Assembly: GCA_039630575.1 (NCBI GenBank)
Contig: JBCNUW010000007.1
Coordinates: forward strand, 7,604-71,603
DNA from: Candidatus Hydrothermales bacterium
GTDB taxonomy: Bacteria; Hydrothermota; Hydrothermia; Hydrothermales; JAJRUZ01
Direction of reading: 5' to 3'
DNA length: 64,000 nt
The stretch's first letter is position 1. The number at the start of each line of letters is the position of its first letter. The notes below the pieces were generated by a model, which was given only the letters and a program-made list of their open reading frames with translations, was not told the DNA's origin and made no database searches. Position numbers and translations under genes: made by a program. Positions 59,565-64,000 of this stretch are shown here, one piece after another.

Positions 59565-60559
59565 TTTATCCTGTTATTTTAGCAGGCGGCAGAAGTATTA
59601 GATTTAATTCAGAAAAATCCAAAGTTTTGCACAATCTACTTGGCAAACCCATTATATTTTATATTTTAGATATACTTAAAGAATTAAGTTTTGAGACAAT
59701 CTTTGTAATATCAGGGAAAAATCATGATGAATTAATTAAAAGTCTTCCTCCAGATGTAAGGTTGATGGAGCAAAAAGTTCCCCTTGGAACAGGTGACGCT
59801 GTTAGAGTTGCCCTTGATCATATTGAATCAGGTGAGATCTTTATTTTGCCGGGCGATGCTCCGCTTTTAGAAGCAGAAACATTAAAAAAACTTATAGAAA
59901 AACACACAAAAGAGGGAAATGCTTGCACATTTTTAACAGCAATTCTTGAAAAACCAACAGGATATGGAAGAGTAATAAGGAAAAATGAAAAGCCAATCAA
60001 AATAGTAGAAGAAATAGATGCAACCGAAAAAGAAAAAGAAATTAAAGAAGTAAATGCAGGAGTTTACCTATTTAAAACTGAAATTTTAAAAGAAATCATA
60101 CTAGATATAAAACCTGATAACAAAAAGGGTGAATATTATATAACAGACTGTATAGAAATATTAAGTTTAAAGAAAGAAAAGGTAAACACTTTAACTCTTG
60201 AAGACCCTAAACAGATGCTCGGAATAAACACACGAGAAGATTACGAAAAAGTTTTCAAAATATTAAAAGAAAGAATTATAAAAAAATGGATGGATAGTGG
60301 AGTAACAATTATGGAGAAGGATAGTGTCTATATAGAAAGTGAAGTAGATATCGGAAAAGATACAGTTATTTACCCAATGGTTTATTTAATGGGAAAAACA
60401 AAAATAGGAAAAAAAGCAAAAATAGGACCATTTGTAACTATTAAAGATTCAATAATTAACGATGAAGAAGAAATCTTAGGACCTTGTGTTATTAAAAGTA
60501 ATATAAAGTCTTATATCCTACACGAAGTGATGAAGGAGAAAAAGAAGATGTTAGATTAA
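59561..60559 (+). CDS. GlmU-like sugar-1-phosphate nucleotidyltransferase with truncated left-handed beta-helix
   Basis: 332 aa. VILAGGRSIRFNSEKSKVLHNLLGKP, GTGDAV and NAGVYLF mark the pyrophosphorylase domain. Only about 80 aa of hexapeptide-repeat region follow (IGKDTVIYP..IGKKAKIGPFVTI), and the gene ends 3 nt before the convergent gene. Confidence 0.7.
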   Translation: MIYPVILAGGRSIRFNSEKSKVLHNLLGKPIIFYILDILKELSFETIFVISGKNHDELIKSLPPDVRLMEQKVPLGTGDAVRVALDHIESGEIFILPGDAPLLEAETLKKLIEKHTKEGNACTFLTAILEKPTGYGRVIRKNEKPIKIVEEIDATEKEKEIKEVNAGVYLFKTEILKEIILDIKPDNKKGEYYITDCIEILSLKKEKVNTLTLEDPKQMLGINTREDYEKVFKILKERIIKKWMDSGVTIMEKDSVYIESEVDIGKDTVIYPMVYLMGKTKIGKKAKIGPFVTIKDSIINDEEEILGPCVIKSNIKSYILHEVMKEKKKMLD

Positions 60560-60562
60560 CTT

Positions 60563-61705
60563 TTACTCAAAAATGATATCAAGAGTATTTTTATTTATAA
60601 AAGCTTCTTTTGCTTTTTTATTTATTAAGGCTCTTGGTAAATAAAAGTGTCTTTTTTGATTTCCTATTCTTATTACAAGATCCTCCCCCCTCTGATAAAG
60701 GGAAACTTTTTCTTTTTTTAAATTTTTAAAGTAAAGTTTTAAAACAATTTTTCCATTAACGTTTAAAAGATCAAAAATATTATCTTTATGGAAAATTTTT
60801 AAGGGGTCTTCATTTCCATAGATCTCCTTACCAAGTTTTAAAAGTTCATCATAACCTATTATCTCCCTATTATGATAGGGTACATAAAACAAAGGTAAGG
60901 GGTCAAAACTTATTCTAATTCTTTCTAAATAATTTTTTTGAATTTCATATAAAAAATTATTTTCAGCAACTACTCTGTTTAAAATTATAGCATCAACAGG
61001 ATATCCGTATAGGTGTAAATAAGTGAAAGCTCTTTCTGTCTCCCTTAAAACCATCTTTTCAGGATTTGTAACCAGACGAATTGATGATACTTCTCTGTTT
61101 TGAAGTATTTCATACAGAGAGAAAAGATCATTAAATAGCCTCTCAGCTGCATCGTAAGTTTCATCTTCAGGTAGTGGAAAATCAGAAACTGCCTTTACTG
61201 CCGGTCTTACAATTTTAACAACTTTTTTTTGAATTGGTAAAATTTTATTGACCCACCATTTTGCTACATCAGGAATAGAGAGAAACCTTAAAGTTTCACC
61301 AGTGGGAGCTGCATCTAAAATTATAACATCAAAAAAATTTTCCTTTATGTGCTTGTTAATCCATAAAAATGAAGAGATTTCTTCCATTCCAGGTAGTACA
61401 GAGAGCTCTTCGGCTAAAATATCATCTAAACCTTTCCATTTAAATAAAGACTTTATATAATCTTTAAGCTCTCCCCAAAACTTTTCAACTGAGTAATAAA
61501 CATCTACTTCCTGGGCATAAAACCTTTCATAAACCTCAAAAGGTTCTGGAAACAGTTCCCTGTCAAGAACATCTGAGAGAGAATGGGCAGGATCTACAGA
61601 AATAACAAGGACTTTTTTAAAAAAAGTTGAAGCATAAATGGCAGTTGCTGCTGCTATAGTAGTTTTTCCAACACCTCCCTTTCCTGTAAAGAGTATGATT
61701 CTCAT
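60563..61705 (-). CDS. ArsA/Get3-family P-loop ATPase with C-terminal Hsp20-like domain
   Basis: 380 aa. Deviant Walker A FTGKGGVGKTT, DPAHSLSD and LDAAPTGETLRFL. The C-terminal about 70 aa (IVLKLYFKNLKKEKVSLYQRGEDLVIRIGNQKRHFYLP) look alpha-crystallin/CS-like. Confidence 0.75.
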   Translation of the reverse strand: MRIILFTGKGGVGKTTIAAATAIYASTFFKKVLVISVDPAHSLSDVLDRELFPEPFEVYERFYAQEVDVYYSVEKFWGELKDYIKSLFKWKGLDDILAEELSVLPGMEEISSFLWINKHIKENFFDVIILDAAPTGETLRFLSIPDVAKWWVNKILPIQKKVVKIVRPAVKAVSDFPLPEDETYDAAERLFNDLFSLYEILQNREVSSIRLVTNPEKMVLRETERAFTYLHLYGYPVDAIILNRVVAENNFLYEIQKNYLERIRISFDPLPLFYVPYHNREIIGYDELLKLGKEIYGNEDPLKIFHKDNIFDLLNVNGKIVLKLYFKNLKKEKVSLYQRGEDLVIRIGNQKRHFYLPRALINKKAKEAFINKNTLDIIFE

Positions 61706-61713
61706 TAAAAGCT

Positions 61714-61926
61714 TTAAGACTCTTTAATTTCTACCCTGTGCCCTTCTATTTTTTTTTCTCCTTCAAGTTTTTCTATCTTCTTTTCAATAATAGTCTTCAG
61801 TGCAAGCATTAATTCCTTAAAAGAATTTTTCAGATGAACTTTTGTTTCTTCTGGAACTAATGTTTTTACATCATCTATAAAAGCATCTACAGCTTTTGAT
61901 AAATATTCAACCCATTTTTTCTCCAT
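61714..61926 (-). CDS. Small helical hypothetical protein
   Basis: 70 aa. No TM segment or signal peptide. Has an AAGGAGG RBS and sits 8 nt upstream of the ArsA-like gene. Confidence 0.45.
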   Translation of the reverse strand: MEKKWVEYLSKAVDAFIDDVKTLVPEETKVHLKNSFKELMLALKTIIEKKIEKLEGEKKIEGHRVEIKES

Positions 61927-61979
61927 TTTTGAACCTCCTTTTATGAATTTTACCTTCTTTTTATTACTTTTTCAATAAA

Positions 61980-63401
61980 TTACCTTAGAATTTTAAGATG
62001 AGCCCTTCTTTTAAATTTCCATTCATTCTTTGGTAAATCTTCTGGTTTTAACTTTGGGTCATATTCAGAAATAACTTTAAGTCTTAAATATTTATTACCT
62101 TTAAAAAAGATTTTAATAAAATTCGAAATCCTATCTGCTCTATCATATGACAATCTCCTGTTAAAGAGTGTATCTCCTTCTGGAGATGCATTTCCCGCTA
62201 AAAGTAATTTAACAGTGTCATCCTGTATAGAGTTAAAAATGTTAAAGATTAAATCAAAGGTATCTCTATAAAATTCCTTTATTTCGGCTTTTGCTGAATC
62301 AAAATAAAAATAAAAGTCTGTCTTTGTAATATATATAGGCGTCCTCAAAGTTTCAACTTCCAAGGTAAAAACTTTTTTCATAGTAATTAAGTATTTGACT
62401 AAATCTTTTTCAGTGTCCTCAGGATAGATATAAAGGAAAGTATCCTTAAACCCTTCAAGTATAAATTTTAAAAAGTAAGTATCAGCCTTAGCATTTATTT
62501 TTTCATAAAAACCAGGAGTCTTTTTTGTAAGTAAAAGAGGGGGATTTTCTTCTATCTTGGGTGAAAGAGGATTACCTTCTTCATCTTTCACATAAATTTG
62601 TATTTTTCTTTTTTTCTCAATAAAGAATAAAAGCCCTAATATAAATTTAAACCCTGCGCCTTCTTTTAACACTGGTTCTCCATAAAGATAATCACCTTTA
62701 TTTCCCCCTCTAAAGGGATTGGATTTAGACCTTAAGGAAAGAAATCCCTCTAAAAGACCAAAAATATTTTGTAATGGGTTAGAGAATAAAGTTAAACTTA
62801 CTTGAGGATAAGAAAAAACATTATCAGAAAACAAACTTTTATATTTAACTGAAAAAGAAAGGGAAGCTATTTTTTCTGGAAACAAAATAAGGTCAAAGTT
62901 AGGAATAATAACAAAAATCTCTCTTTCCCCAGAACTGTTATAAATACCTTCAACTTTTGTTCCAAATCTTAAACTTTTAGAAAAGGAATAATAATAAGAA
63001 GGCTTTATTTTAAAAATTGGTTCAAAGGAGTTTATTGTTCTCAATTGAGATCTAAAATCTGTGAAAATAGTTCTTATTTCTAAGGGAAAAAATATAAAAT
63101 ATTTCTCTTTTATAATTTTTTTCTGTAAAAATAATTTTAAACCTTGTCCATTAACAAAACTTTCAGCATAAAATTCTCTTGAGGAGATACCTTCATCAAA
63201 AAGAAGCAAAAAAGATAAACCCATATCTAAATAAGGAGTAATATAGTAAAGAGAAATTTTGTTATCAGTGGCTACTCCATATGATCCAAAATGAGAATAA
63301 AAGATTTCATATGGCACAAATAGTATAGCATTTTTATCAAATTTAGGCTTCAATTCAAAAAAGTTAAAAATAAGAAAGATTATTTGTAATTTTAGAAACA
63401 T
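61980..63401 (-). CDS. OmpA-family C-terminal domain protein (putative outer-membrane/peptidoglycan-associated)
   Basis: 473 aa. Hydrophobic N-terminus and a large unassigned beta-rich body. The C-terminus LLAGNASPEGDTLFNRRLSYDRADRISNFI matches the OmpA-like peptidoglycan-binding motif. Confidence 0.6.
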   Translation of the reverse strand: MFLKLQIIFLIFNFFELKPKFDKNAILFVPYEIFYSHFGSYGVATDNKISLYYITPYLDMGLSFLLLFDEGISSREFYAESFVNGQGLKLFLQKKIIKEKYFIFFPLEIRTIFTDFRSQLRTINSFEPIFKIKPSYYYSFSKSLRFGTKVEGIYNSSGEREIFVIIPNFDLILFPEKIASLSFSVKYKSLFSDNVFSYPQVSLTLFSNPLQNIFGLLEGFLSLRSKSNPFRGGNKGDYLYGEPVLKEGAGFKFILGLLFFIEKKRKIQIYVKDEEGNPLSPKIEENPPLLLTKKTPGFYEKINAKADTYFLKFILEGFKDTFLYIYPEDTEKDLVKYLITMKKVFTLEVETLRTPIYITKTDFYFYFDSAKAEIKEFYRDTFDLIFNIFNSIQDDTVKLLLAGNASPEGDTLFNRRLSYDRADRISNFIKIFFKGNKYLRLKVISEYDPKLKPEDLPKNEWKFKRRAHLKILR

Positions 63402-63612
63402 AAAAGATTATAGGATAAAAAACCTAAAAAAACAATTAAAAATTTATTTTTTTATTTTTTTTAAATTATAATATCATTAAAGGAAAATATGGTTAATAAA
63501 ATTAAACATTTGTCTTCTGTGGAGAATTTATTTCTCCTGCTTCTCCTAGAATTAAAGTTTTTAAGACTGAAAGACCACACAAATTTCCAGAAGAAAAAGG
63601 GAAAATGTAATT

Positions 63613-64000
63613 ATGTTTGAATATAAAATACACGTCAGATATGCTGAAACAGACCAGATGGGAGTTGTATATTATGCAAACTTTTTTGTTTATTTTGAAG
63701 CTGCAAGATCAAGTTTTATGAGAGAAAATGGTTATCCTTACAGTAAACTTGAAAAAGAAGGACTTTTTTTACCTGTTATTGAAGCCTACTGTGAGTACAA
63801 ATCACCAGCTTACTATGATGAAGAAATTGCTATAAGACTTTTCATAAAGGAAATGAAAAACTCGTCATTTAAAATTCATTATGATATTTTTAGGGAAGGA
63901 AAACTCATAGCAACAGGCTATACAAGACATGTTTTTACTGACAAAAATTTAAGACCAGTTAGGATTCCTAATAAAATAAGAGAGATTTTTGAGAAACATT
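63613..64000 (+). CDS. Acyl-CoA thioesterase, YbgC/4HBT (hotdog) family, 3' end runs off the window
   Basis: Hand translation from ATG 63613: MFEYKIHVRYAETDQMGVVYYANFFVYFEAARSSFMRENGYPYSKLEKEGLFLPVIEAYCEYKSPA.. This is the classic YbgC-type pattern (V.Y.DTD.~GvVyh.~Y). Confidence 0.8.
   Translation, partial: MFEYKIHVRYAETDQMGVVYYANFFVYFEAARSSFMRENGYPYSKLEKEGLFLPVIEAYCEYKSPAYYDEEIAIRLFIKEMKNSSFKIHYDIFREGKLIATGYTRHVFTDKNLRPVRIPNKIREIFEKH

Noticed and set aside
63489-63620. A 43-codon ORF (MVNKIKHLSSVENLFLLLLLELKF..) in the 211-nt gap upstream of the thioesterase, overlapping its start by 8 nt.
   Set aside because: It has only a weak AAGGA upstream and no recognisable family. Its size is within chance expectation for this composition. 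I noted it only as a possible small membrane or leader peptide.

Overview
The window is very AT-rich; hand counts on three 60-nt lines gave 16 to 23 G+C. It is extremely gene-dense chromosomal DNA. Proteins are rich in K, E and I while the tRNAs are GC-rich, which fits a thermophile-like, streamlined genome.

LPS and outer-membrane genes are present (lpxH-like, waaA/kdtA, lptD, GT9, an O-antigen-ligase-like gene, OmpA-like). There are also five proteins with T9SS/FlgD-Ig-type C-terminal sorting domains. Together these suggest a diderm related to the FCB group or a candidate phylum. That placement is an inference and cannot be verified here.

I call about 56 protein genes, two of them partial at the window edges, and two tRNAs: Cys-GCA on the + strand and Ile-GAT on the - strand. 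I also call one clear intrinsic terminator and a few weak promoter candidates.

Most genes are housekeeping:
- Nucleotide and cofactor synthesis: pyrC, ribH, ribBA, dcd, purH, pyrG, guaA, panD.
- Translation and RNA: prfA, cysS, rnr, rpsA, mnmA.
- Other: mazG, lgt, accD, gcvH, gcvPA.

I saw no rRNA, CRISPR array, transposase, integrase or phage genes.

The most unusual content:
1. An overlapping gene string at 15573-22026. It holds a PorV/PorQ-like barrel candidate, an unknown CTD-bearing protein and a 1443-aa C25 (gingipain/PorU-type) peptidase. The CTD cargo set is scattered around it.
2. A 418-nt ORF-free AT-rich spacer at 42588-43005. It is the only long non-coding stretch, and it lies upstream of a compositionally different M6 metalloprotease.
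3. An orphan full-length NuoG-like Fe-S protein translationally coupled to an RNase-H-fold DUF429-like protein.
4. A cmk-plsC gene fusion.
5. A C26 amidotransferase whose conserved N-terminus is encoded upstream of any canonical start codon.
6. gcvH-gcvPA without gcvPB or gcvT.
7. No intergenic space at any of the eight convergent gene junctions.

All functional calls rest on motif recognition by eye. No database search or HMM was run.
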